Assembly: GCA_002421825.1 (NCBI GenBank)
Contig: DISR01000041.1
Coordinates: 29,108 to 93,107 of the forward strand
Reading direction: 5' to 3'
DNA: 64,000 nt
Origin: Thiobacillus sp. UBA6205
GTDB taxonomy: Bacteria > Pseudomonadota > Gammaproteobacteria > Burkholderiales > Thiobacillaceae
Shown piece by piece: positions 46,561-59,404 of this stretch (positions within the stretch are counted from its first letter, which is position 1; the number at the start of each line of letters is the position of its first letter). Below the pieces are notes generated by a model that was not told the origin of the DNA, did no database searches, and saw only the letters and a list, made by a program, of their open reading frames with translations. Position numbers and translations under genes: made by a program.

Positions 46561-48626
46561 TATTTGACCCGCATTCCTGGCGTGGCCCCGCTGTCGGGGG
46601 ACAGTATGTACAGGCCGGCGCTCTGGCCCTCGGGGTCGCTGGCGGCCAGCACCATGCCCTCGCTCATGCCGAACTTCATCTTGCGCGGGGCGAGGTTGGC
46701 AACCATGACGGTCAGCCGCCCGACCAGGGCCTCCGGCGCATAGGCTGACTTGATGCCGGCGAATACCTGTCTGGTGCCGAGCGGGCCGACGTCCAGGGTC
46801 AGCTTCAGCAGCTTGTCCGCGCCTTCCACATGCTCGGCATTGGCGATCCTGGCGATGCGCAGGTCGATCTTGCCGAAGTCGTCGATATTGATGAAATTGG
46901 TTTCCTTGGCTTCTTCGGTCACGGCCTTGTTTTCCTGATGAACCTGCGCTTCGGCATGACGTGCCGGCGCGGGCGGGGTTTCGAGGGATTGCTTGTTGGC
47001 TTCCACCAGCGCGTCGATCTGCTTCATCTCGACGCGCGTCATGAGGTGGTTGTAGGGCTGGATCGCATGGTCGGCGGGAAGGACATGCCTGCTGTCGCTC
47101 CAGGCCAGCGGCGCAATGTTGAGAAAACTTTCCACCGCTTCGGTCAGCCTGGGCAGCACCGGCTTCAGATACAGCGCCAGCAGCCGGAACAGGTTGAGCG
47201 CCACGGTGCAGGCTTCATGCAGACGGGCTTCCTGGCCTGCCTGCTTGGCAATATCCCAGGGCTTCTCGTCGTTGACGTACTGGTTGGCGATGTCGGCCAG
47301 CGCCATGATCTCGCGCACGGCCTTGCTGTATTCGCGCCCGTCGAAATAGCCGGCGATCTCGGCAGCCTTGTCCTGCAGGGCCTGGATCGCGGGATTGGCG
47401 GGGCAGGCAGCGAGCTTGCCGTCGAATCGCTTGCTGATGAAGCCGGCCGAACGCGAGGCGATGTTGACGAACTTGCCGACCAGGTCGGCATTCACGCGCG
47501 CGGCGAAATCCTCGAGGTTGAGGTCGATGTCGCTCATGTCGTCGGACAGCTTGGCGGCAAAGTAGTAGCGCAGCCATTCAGGATTGAGTCCGGTATCGAG
47601 ATAGCTTTGCGCGGTGATGAAGGTGCCGCGCGACTTGCTCATCTTCTGGCCGTTCACGGTGAGGAAGCCATGGGCGAACACCTTGCTCGGCGTGCGGTGG
47701 CCGGAAGCCTCGAGCATGGCGGGCCAGAACAGGGCGTGGAAGTAGAGGATGTCCTTGCCGATGAAGTGATAGAGCTCGGTGTCCGAGCCGGCCTGCCACC
47801 AGGCATCGAAGTCCAGCTTGTGGTCGGCACAATACTTCTTGAAGCTGGCCATGTAACCCACCGGCGCGTCCAGCCACACGTAGAAATACTTGCCCGGCGC
47901 ATCGGGGATTTCGAAGCCAAAGTAGGGCGCGTCGCGCGAGATGTCCCAGTCGGAAAGTCCCGCGGCGAACCATTCCGCCATCTTGTTGGCAGCTTCGTTC
48001 TGCAGGGTGCCGGACTGGGTCCATTGCTTGAGGAAGGCTTCCTGCTTGCCGAGCTTGAAGAAGTAATGGTCCGAAGTCTTGCGGACGGGCTTGGCGCCGG
48101 ACACCACCGAATATGGGTCCTTGAGGTCGGTGGGCGAATAGGTCGTGCCGCAGACTTCGCAGTTGTCGCCGTACTGGTCGGCGGCGCCGCACTTCGGGCA
48201 GGTGCCCTTGATGAAGCGGTCGGGCAGGAACATTTCCTTCACCGGGTCGAAGTACTGCTCGATGGCGCGCACCTCGATCAACCCCGCGTCGCGCAATTTT
48301 TTGTAGATGCTGCCGGCCAGCTCGCGGTTTTCCTCGGAATGCGTGGAGTAGTAATGGTCGAAGTCGATGTGGAAGCCGTCGAAATCGCGCTTGTGGGCGT
48401 GCCAGACGCGGTCGATCAGTTGTTCCGGCGTGATGCCTTCCTTGTCCGCGCGCAGCATGATGGCGGTGCCATGGGTGTCGTCCGCGCAAACGTAGTGCGC
48501 CTCGTGCCCCTGCATTTTCTGGAAGCGCACCCAGATGTCGGTCTGGATGTACTCGACCAGGTGGCCCAGGTGGATGTCGCCGTTGGCGTAGGGCAGGGCG
48601 GAGGTGACGAGAAGCTTGCGCGGCAT
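46560..48626 (-). CDS. metG: Methionine--tRNA ligase
   Basis: [21 protein letters not shown]-terminal tRNA-binding domain. Confidence 0.98.
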   Translation of the reverse strand: MPRKLLVTSALPYANGDIHLGHLVEYIQTDIWVRFQKMQGHEAHYVCADDTHGTAIMLRADKEGITPEQLIDRVWHAHKRDFDGFHIDFDHYYSTHSEENRELAGSIYKKLRDAGLIEVRAIEQYFDPVKEMFLPDRFIKGTCPKCGAADQYGDNCEVCGTTYSPTDLKDPYSVVSGAKPVRKTSDHYFFKLGKQEAFLKQWTQSGTLQNEAANKMAEWFAAGLSDWDISRDAPYFGFEIPDAPGKYFYVWLDAPVGYMASFKKYCADHKLDFDAWWQAGSDTELYHFIGKDILYFHALFWPAMLEASGHRTPSKVFAHGFLTVNGQKMSKSRGTFITAQSYLDTGLNPEWLRYYFAAKLSDDMSDIDLNLEDFAARVNADLVGKFVNIASRSAGFISKRFDGKLAACPANPAIQALQDKAAEIAGYFDGREYSKAVREIMALADIANQYVNDEKPWDIAKQAGQEARLHEACTVALNLFRLLALYLKPVLPRLTEAVESFLNIAPLAWSDSRHVLPADHAIQPYNHLMTRVEMKQIDALVEANKQSLETPPAPARHAEAQVHQENKAVTEEAKETNFINIDDFGKIDLRIARIANAEHVEGADKLLKLTLDVGPLGTRQVFAGIKSAYAPEALVGRLTVMVANLAPRKMKFGMSEGMVLAASDPEGQSAGLYILSPDSGATPGMRVK

Positions 48627-48728
48627 GGGAAGGTGGTGAATTGCTAAAAGGCGCTATTTTACTTGAGCCTGAGCATCGATTCGTGCCGCTGATGCCGGTT
48701 TCGCGATTATTCGCCCTGCGCGGGCCGC

Positions 48729-49181
48729 TCAGGCAGGCGGCAGCTTCACGAGTTCGGTATGGCCGAAGCCCTGGGTGTAATCGATCAGGGACATCACGCC
48801 GGGGCGCACCCGCACGAAGGCCAGGCCCGGCTCGTCCGGCGTGACCTCGCCCATCTCGGGGAATTTCTTCGCCAGCAGGGCAAGGGCATGTTCGCGCTCG
48901 CGCTTGCCTTTCAATACCCGGGCATGCCCGCCCAGCGACAGGCCCCTGGTGCTGTTCCAGTCACGCGGGTCGCGGTCGATGGCGGCGGACACCTTGTCGT
49001 TCTTGCGGATGTTCTTCGCCTTCTGGCTGGCCGTGTCGCAGCAGAAATAGAGGTCGAAGCCCTCGTTGGCGTAGGTCACCGTCGTCGCCTGGGGGAAACC
49101 GTCCGGCCTCAGCGTGGCAAGGGTCATGCTCTTGTGGCGCCGCAGCAGATCGAGGATGAACTTTTCCTGGGACTTGTCCAT
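48729..49181 (-). CDS. Pyridoxamine 5'-phosphate oxidase-like flavin-binding protein
   Basis: MTLATLRPDGFPQAT, SQKAKNI, DYTQGFGH. Confidence 0.82.
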   Translation of the reverse strand: MDKSQEKFILDLLRRHKSMTLATLRPDGFPQATTVTYANEGFDLYFCCDTASQKAKNIRKNDKVSAAIDRDPRDWNSTRGLSLGGHARVLKGKREREHALALLAKKFPEMGEVTPDEPGLAFVRVRPGVMSLIDYTQGFGHTELVKLPPA

Positions 49182-49245
49182 GGCGGGCTCCTGTGAGAGA
49201 AGAGGGTTCTCTCATCATAGGCCGGCAGGCACGGCGGAGTTTGCG

Positions 49246-49434
49246 CTATTTTGTTTGAGCGGCTTGCCCGGAAGGCGGGGCCTGGCTTTCCGGTATGTCC
49301 GATACGCGTGTCAGCAGGATGAAGGTCGCCAGTTCTTCCTGCCAGCGCAACTTTTCCTCGGTCGGCAGTGCCCTGAAGGCTTTCAGGCGTTCGTCGCTGA
49401 CGTAGTAGGTGCGGTCGCCGCGGTCGAAGGACAT
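49246..49434 (-). CDS. Small hypothetical protein, partner of adjacent nucleotidyltransferase
   Basis: MSFDRGDRTYYVSDERLKAFRALPTEEKLRWQEE...; starts 2 bp after the NTase stop, with an AGGA RBS. Confidence 0.6.
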   Translation of the reverse strand: MSFDRGDRTYYVSDERLKAFRALPTEEKLRWQEELATFILLTRVSDIPESQAPPSGQAAQTK

Positions 49435-49436
49435 GA

Positions 49437-49922
49437 TCAGGATTCCTTCAAACGCTTGAGGTGTTCGATGTCTGCCAGGTCGATCGGGCGGCCGACGGCT
49501 TGCTTGAGCGCGATCAGATCGTCGATGCAGGCGACCGTCACCGCGACTTCTCCTGCATGAAACGTCACTGCACGCTCGCGCATGCCCGCAAAATCGACGG
49601 GCGGATAGAGCAGCACATCCAGGGTAATGCCCGCCGCGCCCGGCGCTTTCAATGCGAAAGCATCGAGGTTGCGTTCGCGATGCCACTGAGCCAGTTGATC
49701 AAGGTCGGTCAGCGCGTCCAGTTCGACCGGCAGCACCGGCGTCATGCCGAGTGCTCTTGCCATTCCCGCCAGCGAGGCAAGGTTCTCCGGCGTCATGGCC
49801 ACGGTCACGTCGATGTCCATGGTTGCGCGCTCGATGCCGTGCAGCGAGATTGCCAGGCCGCCGATCAGGACATACTCGACCTTGTGGCGTTCGAGGGCGG
49901 AAAAAAGGTCGAGGTAGAACAT
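49437..49922 (-). CDS. Stand-alone nucleotidyltransferase (pol-beta fold, DUF6036-like)
   Basis: YVLIGGLAISLHG, RATMDIDV, DLIALKQAVGRPIDLADI. Confidence 0.82.
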   Translation of the reverse strand: MFYLDLFSALERHKVEYVLIGGLAISLHGIERATMDIDVTVAMTPENLASLAGMARALGMTPVLPVELDALTDLDQLAQWHRERNLDAFALKAPGAAGITLDVLLYPPVDFAGMRERAVTFHAGEVAVTVACIDDLIALKQAVGRPIDLADIEHLKRLKES

Positions 49923-49933
49923 GGATCGAAGGT

Positions 49934-52582
<2,649 letters not shown>

Positions 52583-52653
52583 GGCGTGACAGTCGGAAAT
52601 TGACGGGAAAACCGCTATTCTAGCGTCTTTGACGTGTTCGCTGAATTACCACC

Positions 52654-53865
52654 ATGAGCAAAGCCGACCTGAAGAAAAAAGCCCTCGACTACCACCGCCT
52701 GCCCAAACCGGGCAAGCTTTCGGTCGAATCCATGAAGCCCTGCGCAACACAGGACGAGCTTTCGCTCGCCTATTCGCCGGGCGTGGCCGAGCCGGTGCGC
52801 GAGATCGCCAAAAACCCCAGGCTTGCCTACGACTACACCAACAAGGGCAACCTCGTCGCCGTGGTGTCCAACGGCACCGCCATCCTCGGCCTCGGCAACC
52901 TCGGCCCGCTCGCCTCCAAGCCGGTGATGGAAGGCAAGGGCGTGCTGTTCAAGCGCTTCGCCGGCATCGACGTGTATGACATCGAGATCAACGCCAAAAC
53001 CGTGAAGGACGTGGTCAGGGTGGTCGAGGCCATGGCGCCCACCTTCGGCGGCATCAACCTGGAAGACATCGCCGCGCCCGAGTGCTTCGAGATCGAGGCG
53101 CAACTGAAGAAAAAGCTCGACATTCCGGTATTCCACGACGACCAGCACGGCACAGCGGTGATCATCTGCGCCGGCCTCATCAACGCCCTGCACATCCAGG
53201 GCAAGCAGCTGGCCGACGCGAAAATCGTCTGCCTGGGCGCGGGCGCGGCCGGGCTGTCGTCCATGAGTTTGCTGGTGGCGATGGGCGCGAAGAAATCCAA
53301 CATTACCCTGGTCGATTCGAAAGGGGTCGTGAGCAAGGCGCGCACCGATCTCAACAAGTACAAGAAACCCTGGGCGCGCGCGACCGGGATGAAGACCCTG
53401 GCCGAGGCCATGGACGGCGCCGACGTGTTCGTCGGCGTGTCCGGCCCCGACCTGGTGAGCCCGGCCATGGTCAAGAGCATGGCGGCGAAGCCCGTCGTGT
53501 TCGCGCTGGCCAACCCCGATCCGGAAATCACCCCCGAGAAGGCGCACAAGACGCGCAAGGACCTGATCATGGCGACCGGCCGCTCGGATTACCCCAACCA
53601 GGTCAACAACGTGCTGGGCTTCCCCTACATCTTCCGCGGCGCGCTCGATGCACGCGCCAGGGCCATCACCCAGGACATGCTTATCGCCGCGGCCAAGGCG
53701 CTCGCCGAACTCGCGCGCGAGAAGGTGCCGGGCTCGGTGCTCAAGGCCTACAAGGTCAAGAAGATGGCATTCGGCCCCGACTACATCCTGCCCAAGCCCT
53801 TCGATCCGCGCCTGATCGAGCGCATTCCCGCGGCCATCATCAAAGCGGTGAAGAGGTCGACATAG
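52654..53865 (+). CDS. NAD(P)-dependent malic enzyme (MaeB-type catalytic domain without PTA domain)
   Basis: SLAYSPGVA, KPVMEGKGVLFK, INLEDI, FHDDQHGTA, GRSDYPNQVNN. Confidence 0.92.
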   Translation: MSKADLKKKALDYHRLPKPGKLSVESMKPCATQDELSLAYSPGVAEPVREIAKNPRLAYDYTNKGNLVAVVSNGTAILGLGNLGPLASKPVMEGKGVLFKRFAGIDVYDIEINAKTVKDVVRVVEAMAPTFGGINLEDIAAPECFEIEAQLKKKLDIPVFHDDQHGTAVIICAGLINALHIQGKQLADAKIVCLGAGAAGLSSMSLLVAMGAKKSNITLVDSKGVVSKARTDLNKYKKPWARATGMKTLAEAMDGADVFVGVSGPDLVSPAMVKSMAAKPVVFALANPDPEITPEKAHKTRKDLIMATGRSDYPNQVNNVLGFPYIFRGALDARARAITQDMLIAAAKALAELAREKVPGSVLKAYKVKKMAFGPDYILPKPFDPRLIERIPAAIIKAVKRST

Positions 53866-53881
53866 AAGTCGGCATAAACGC

Positions 53882-54268
53882 ATGTACAAAGCGCGCCCAG
53901 ACCGCCCGGTTACGCTGCCACTCCTGAGTTTGCGCCTGCCGCTGGCGGGCTGGGTTTCGTTCCTGCACCGGGTCTCTGGCGTGCTGCTGTTTTTCAGCCT
54001 GCCGCTGGCGCTCTATGCGCTCGACCGTTCCCTGCGCGGACCCGAAGCCTTCGACGCAATGCTGCAGCAAATGGCACAACCCGCCGCGCGCATCCTGCTG
54101 CTGCTGGTCGTGTGGGCGCTGGCGCATCACCTCTTTGCGGGCATCCGCCATCTGCTCATGGACCTGCATTTCGGGGTGAGCCTCGCTGCCGCACGGCGTT
54201 CTGCGCTGATCGTGGCGCTCGCCGCCGGCGCGGTCGCGCTGATCACGGCCTGGAGGCTGTTCGCATGA
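53882..54268 (+). CDS. sdhC: Succinate dehydrogenase cytochrome b556 subunit
   Basis: SFLHRVSG, HHLFAGIRHLLMD. Confidence 0.93.
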   Translation: MYKARPDRPVTLPLLSLRLPLAGWVSFLHRVSGVLLFFSLPLALYALDRSLRGPEAFDAMLQQMAQPAARILLLLVVWALAHHLFAGIRHLLMDLHFGVSLAAARRSALIVALAAGAVALITAWRLFA

Positions 54269-54627
54269 GAAAGCCTGTCACGGGCAGTCACAGCGGCACC
54301 GGCTGGTGGCTGGCGCAGCGCTTCTCGGCCGTGGTGCTGCTGTTCACGGGGCTGATCCTGTGGCTCGCATTCCTGCAGGCGCCCTCGCTGGATTATGCAA
54401 GCTGGAACGCGCTGTTCGAGACAAACGCAATCCGGCTGCTGGTCTGGCTGCTGGTTGCGAGCCTGTGCCTGCATGCCTGGATAGGCCTGCGCGACGTGCT
54501 GATGGATTACGTGAAGCCGCTGTCGCTGCGGCTCACGCTCAACCTGCTGTTCATCCTGGTGCTGGTGCTGTGCATGGTGTGGGCCACGGCGATCGTGTGG
54601 GGGGCGCATGGACAAGCGAACTTTTGA
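54265..54627 (+). CDS. sdhD: Succinate dehydrogenase membrane anchor
   Basis: [22 protein letters not shown]. Confidence 0.93.
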   Translation: MRKPVTGSHSGTGWWLAQRFSAVVLLFTGLILWLAFLQAPSLDYASWNALFETNAIRLLVWLLVASLCLHAWIGLRDVLMDYVKPLSLRLTLNLLFILVLVLCMVWATAIVWGAHGQANF

Positions 54628-56365
54628 TGCCCTGATCATCGGCGGCGGCGGCTCCGGCCTGCGCGCCGCGCTGCAACTGGCCGACTCCGGCTTCAAGGTC
54701 GCGGTGGTGTCCAAGGTGTTTCCCACCCGTTCGCACACGGTGTCGGCGCAGGGCGGCATCACCGCCGCGCTCGGCAACGTGACCGAGGACAGCTGGCACT
54801 GGCACATGTTCGACACCGTCAAGGGCTCGGACTACCTCGGCGACCAGGACGCCATCGAGTTCTTGTGCCGCGAGGCGGCGAGCGCGGTGTACGAGCTCGA
54901 GCACATGGGCCTGCCGTTCTCGCGCCTGGAGAATGGAAAAATCTACCAGCGCGCCTTCGGCGGCCAGTCGCAGAACTTCGGCGGCGAGCAGGCGGTGCGC
55001 ACCTGCGCCTGCGCGGATAGAACCGGCCATGCGCTGCTGCACACGCTGTACCAGCGCAACATCGCCGCGCGCACCCAGTTCTTCGACGAATATTTCGCGC
55101 TCGACCTGGTGCGCGATGCGGAAGGCTATTGCCTCGGCTTGACGGCGATGAGCATCGAGACCGGCGAACCCATCCTGATCGAGGCGCGCGCCACCCTGCT
55201 CGCCACCGGCGGGGCGGGGCGCGTGTTCTGGAATACCAGCAATGCCATGATCAATACCGGCGACGGCCTCGGCATGGTGTTGCGCGCCGGGCTGCCGCTG
55301 GAGGACATGGAGTTCTGGCAGTTCCATCCCACCGGCATCGCGGGGGTGGGCAGCCTCATCACCGAGGCCGTGCGCGGCGAGGGCGGCTATCTCGTCAACA
55401 GTCAGGGCGAGCGCTTCATGGAACGCTACGCGCCGCATGCGAAGGACCTCGCCTCGCGTGACGTGGTGAGCCGCGCCATCGCCACCGAAATCCATGAAGG
55501 CCGCGGCTGCGGTCCGCACGGCGATCATGTGCTGCTGAAGCTCGAACACCTGGGCGAGCAGGTCATCGCCGAGCGCCTGCCGGGCATCCGCGAACTCTCC
55601 ATCCGCTTCGCCGGCATCGACCCGGCGAGTGCGCCGATTCCGGTCGCGCCCACCGCGCACTACATGATGGGCGGCATTCCCGCCAACCTCAACGGCCAGG
55701 TGGTGGCGCCGGCAAGATATGGCCCGGAGGAGCCGGTGCCCGGCCTCTATGCCGTGGGCGAGTGCGCCTGCGTGTCGGTGCACGGCGCCAACCGCCTGGG
55801 CGGCAACTCGCTGCTGGATCTGGTGGTCTTCGGCCGCGCCGCCGGCCGCCACATGATCGAATACCTGCGCGAGAATCCCTATCCGCGCGATCTATCCGAG
55901 GACGCGATACAGCCCGGCCTCGAGCGCCTGGCGCGCTGGGGCGAGCAGCGCGGCGACGAGACCGTCGCTGCCGTCACGCGCGACCTGCGCCGGCTGATGC
56001 AGAAGCACTGCGGCGTGTACCGCAACCGCAGCTTGCTGGAAGAGGGTTTGAAGGCGCTGACGGCGCTGCAGGCGAGGGCAGGGCGGATCACGCTCGGCGA
56101 CCAGAGCAAGGTGTTCAACACCGCGCGCATCGAGGCGCTGGAGCTGGAGAATCTGTTATTGGTCGCCCGCGCCACCCTTGTCTCCGCACTTGCACGCGAG
56201 GAAAGCCGCGGCGCGCACAGCCGCGAGGACTTCCCGCAGCGCGACGACGACCATTGGCTCAAGCACACCCTCTACCACCTGGAAAACGACCAGCTCGACA
56301 CCAAGCCTGTGCGCCTGAAGCCGCTCACGGTGGACAGCTTCAAGCCCATGGCGCGGAGCTACTGA
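54608..56365 (+). CDS. sdhA: Succinate dehydrogenase flavoprotein
   Basis: [27 protein letters not shown]. Confidence 0.97.
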   Translation: MDKRTFDALIIGGGGSGLRAALQLADSGFKVAVVSKVFPTRSHTVSAQGGITAALGNVTEDSWHWHMFDTVKGSDYLGDQDAIEFLCREAASAVYELEHMGLPFSRLENGKIYQRAFGGQSQNFGGEQAVRTCACADRTGHALLHTLYQRNIAARTQFFDEYFALDLVRDAEGYCLGLTAMSIETGEPILIEARATLLATGGAGRVFWNTSNAMINTGDGLGMVLRAGLPLEDMEFWQFHPTGIAGVGSLITEAVRGEGGYLVNSQGERFMERYAPHAKDLASRDVVSRAIATEIHEGRGCGPHGDHVLLKLEHLGEQVIAERLPGIRELSIRFAGIDPASAPIPVAPTAHYMMGGIPANLNGQVVAPARYGPEEPVPGLYAVGECACVSVHGANRLGGNSLLDLVVFGRAAGRHMIEYLRENPYPRDLSEDAIQPGLERLARWGEQRGDETVAAVTRDLRRLMQKHCGVYRNRSLLEEGLKALTALQARAGRITLGDQSKVFNTARIEALELENLLLVARATLVSALAREESRGAHSREDFPQRDDDHWLKHTLYHLENDQLDTKPVRLKPLTVDSFKPMARSY

Positions 56366-57060
56366 TGAAATTCCGCCTGCATCGCTACGACCCGGAAAGC
56401 GGCGAAAAACCCACCATGCAGGAAGTCGAGCTTGACATCGACCCGGCCGGCAAGATGCTGCTCGACGCCCTGCTCGAACTCAAGGCCGGCGACGACACCC
56501 TGGCCTTCCGCCGCTCCTGCCGCGAAGGCGTGTGCGGCTCCGACGCGGTCAATGCCAATGGCCGCAACGTACTGGCCTGCGTCACCCCCTTGTCCAGCCT
56601 GAAGGAACCGATCGAAATCCGCCCCTTGCCCGGCCTGCCGGTGATCCGCGATTTCGTCGTCGACATGGAGCCGTTCTACCGCCAGTACCGCTCGATCAAG
56701 CCCTGGCTCGTCAACGACGAACCCGAACCCGAGCGCGAACGCCTGCAGACGCCCGAGGAGCGTGCCGAGCTGGAAGGCGCCTACGAATGCATCCTGTGCG
56801 GCGCCTGCACCAGTGCCTGCCCCTCGTTCTGGTGGCATCCCGACAGGTTCGTCGGCCCCTCCGGCCTGTTGCAGGCCTGGCGCTTCATCGCCGACAGCCG
56901 CGACCAGGCCACCGAGGAACGACTCGACAACCTGGAAGATGCCTACCGGCTGTATCGCTGCCGCGGCATCATGAGCTGCGTGGAAGTCTGCCCCAAGGGA
57001 CTCAATCCCACCGAGGCCATCGGCAAGATCCGCGAACTGCTGGTCAAACGCAAGGTTTGA
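56365..57060 (+). CDS. sdhB: Succinate dehydrogenase iron-sulfur subunit
   Basis: RRSCREGVCGSD, CILCGACTSACP, CRGIMSCVEVCP. Confidence 0.97.
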   Translation: MKFRLHRYDPESGEKPTMQEVELDIDPAGKMLLDALLELKAGDDTLAFRRSCREGVCGSDAVNANGRNVLACVTPLSSLKEPIEIRPLPGLPVIRDFVVDMEPFYRQYRSIKPWLVNDEPEPERERLQTPEERAELEGAYECILCGACTSACPSFWWHPDRFVGPSGLLQAWRFIADSRDQATEERLDNLEDAYRLYRCRGIMSCVEVCPKGLNPTEAIGKIRELLVKRKV

Positions 57061-57096
57061 TGGGGTGAGATGTGAGGCGTGAGGGCTAGAGTGTTT

Positions 57097-57678
57097 TTCC
57101 CCTCTCCCCTCGCGGGGCGTAGGCAGGGTTTCGCGAGGCATGCCTCGCGCTGCCGAAGCCGGATCGGGGTGCAATCCGATCCGTGGGGCGCGGAGCGGGG
57201 GTAGGGGTGAGGGGGAGATAGGCACCAGCATGGCGAATCGCCTGGCAAAATCATTGCGAACATCCATGACGGATGTAGAAAAACGCCTGTGGTATTTGCT
57301 GAGAGACAGGCGTTTGAATGGATATAAATTCCGGCGACAAATGCCTATTGGCCCTTACGTTGCAGATTTCGTTTGTCTACAGTCCAGATTGATTGTGGAA
57401 TTGGACGGCGGCCAGCATGCCGAGCAGGCTGAAAAGGACAAGGTGCGGGACGAGTGGCTGAAAAGCCAGGGGTTTGTCGTGCTGCGTTTCTGGAACAACG
57501 ATGTTTTGGCGAATACCGAGGGTGTGCTTCAGGCCATTCTGGGACATTGCGAAAAGCTGCCCCCTCACCCCTACCCCCGCTCCGCGCCCCACGGATCGGA
57601 TTGCACCCCGATCCGGCTTCGGCAGCGCGAGGCATGCCTCGCGAAACCCTGCCTACGCCCCGCGAGGGGAGAGGGGAA
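57097..57678. mobile_element. DUF559 cassette bounded by perfect 119-bp inverted repeats (57097-57215 and 57560-57678)
   Basis: Arms checked base by base as exact reverse complements; enclosed gene is visibly more AT-rich than its neighbours. Mobility is inferred. Confidence 0.8.
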
Positions 57679-58024
57679 TTTGAGGCAGTCTCCCGCGAGG
57701 GGAGAGGGGAATTTGAGGCAGTCTCCCGCGAAGGGAAAGGGGAGTTCTGGGCAGTTTCCCGCTGGGGGGGATGCGAGAGCTGCTGCCAGCGCGGACCGCC
57801 TTCGCCGCCTGCGCTGGCGCTGCCGGCGCGGATTGCTGGAGCTGGACCTGTGGCTGCAGCGCTTTGCCGATGCCGGCCTGGATGCACTATCTGCCGAGGA
57901 GTGCGGCGCGTTCGAGACTTTGCTGCAAGAGGCCGATGCCGATCTGCTGGCCTGGCTGGAAGGCCGCCAAGCGGTTCCTGTGGATCATGCGGCCATCATT
58001 GAAAGAATCCGCGCGTCTGGGTGA
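57230..58024 (+). CDS. sdhE: DUF559 (Vsr-like PD-(D/E)xK) endonuclease in frame with SdhE flavinylation factor via repeat-encoded linker
   Basis: DUF559: LRTSMTDVEKRLW, FRRQMPIGPYVADF, VELDGGQH, VLRFWNNDV. SdhE: RLRWRCRRGLLELD. No stop codon between them. Confidence 0.85.
   Translation: MANRLAKSLRTSMTDVEKRLWYLLRDRRLNGYKFRRQMPIGPYVADFVCLQSRLIVELDGGQHAEQAEKDKVRDEWLKSQGFVVLRFWNNDVLANTEGVLQAILGHCEKLPPHPYPRSAPHGSDCTPIRLRQREACLAKPCLRPARGEGNLRQSPARGEGNLRQSPAKGKGSSGQFPAGGDARAAASADRLRRLRWRCRRGLLELDLWLQRFADAGLDALSAEECGAFETLLQEADADLLAWLEGRQAVPVDHAAIIERIRASG
57659..57775 (+). repeat. 33-bp tandem repeat (2 exact + 1 diverged + 1 partial)
   Basis: CCCGCGAGGGGAGAGGGGAATTTGAGGCAGTCT at 57659 and 57692; diverged copy at 57725; partial at 57758. 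Confidence 0.88.
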
Positions 58025-58075
58025 TTTGGCGCTGGCGCGCTACAATCGGGCCAGAATTACAAAGGTTTCAAGCCG

Positions 58076-59374
<1,299 letters not shown>

Positions 59375-59404
59375 ACCCTGCCGACGCTGCGAGGTCTGTG
59401 CGCC

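Noticed and set aside
57659-57775. CRISPR array
   Set aside because: Repeats are directly adjacent with no unique spacers, and there are no cas genes.
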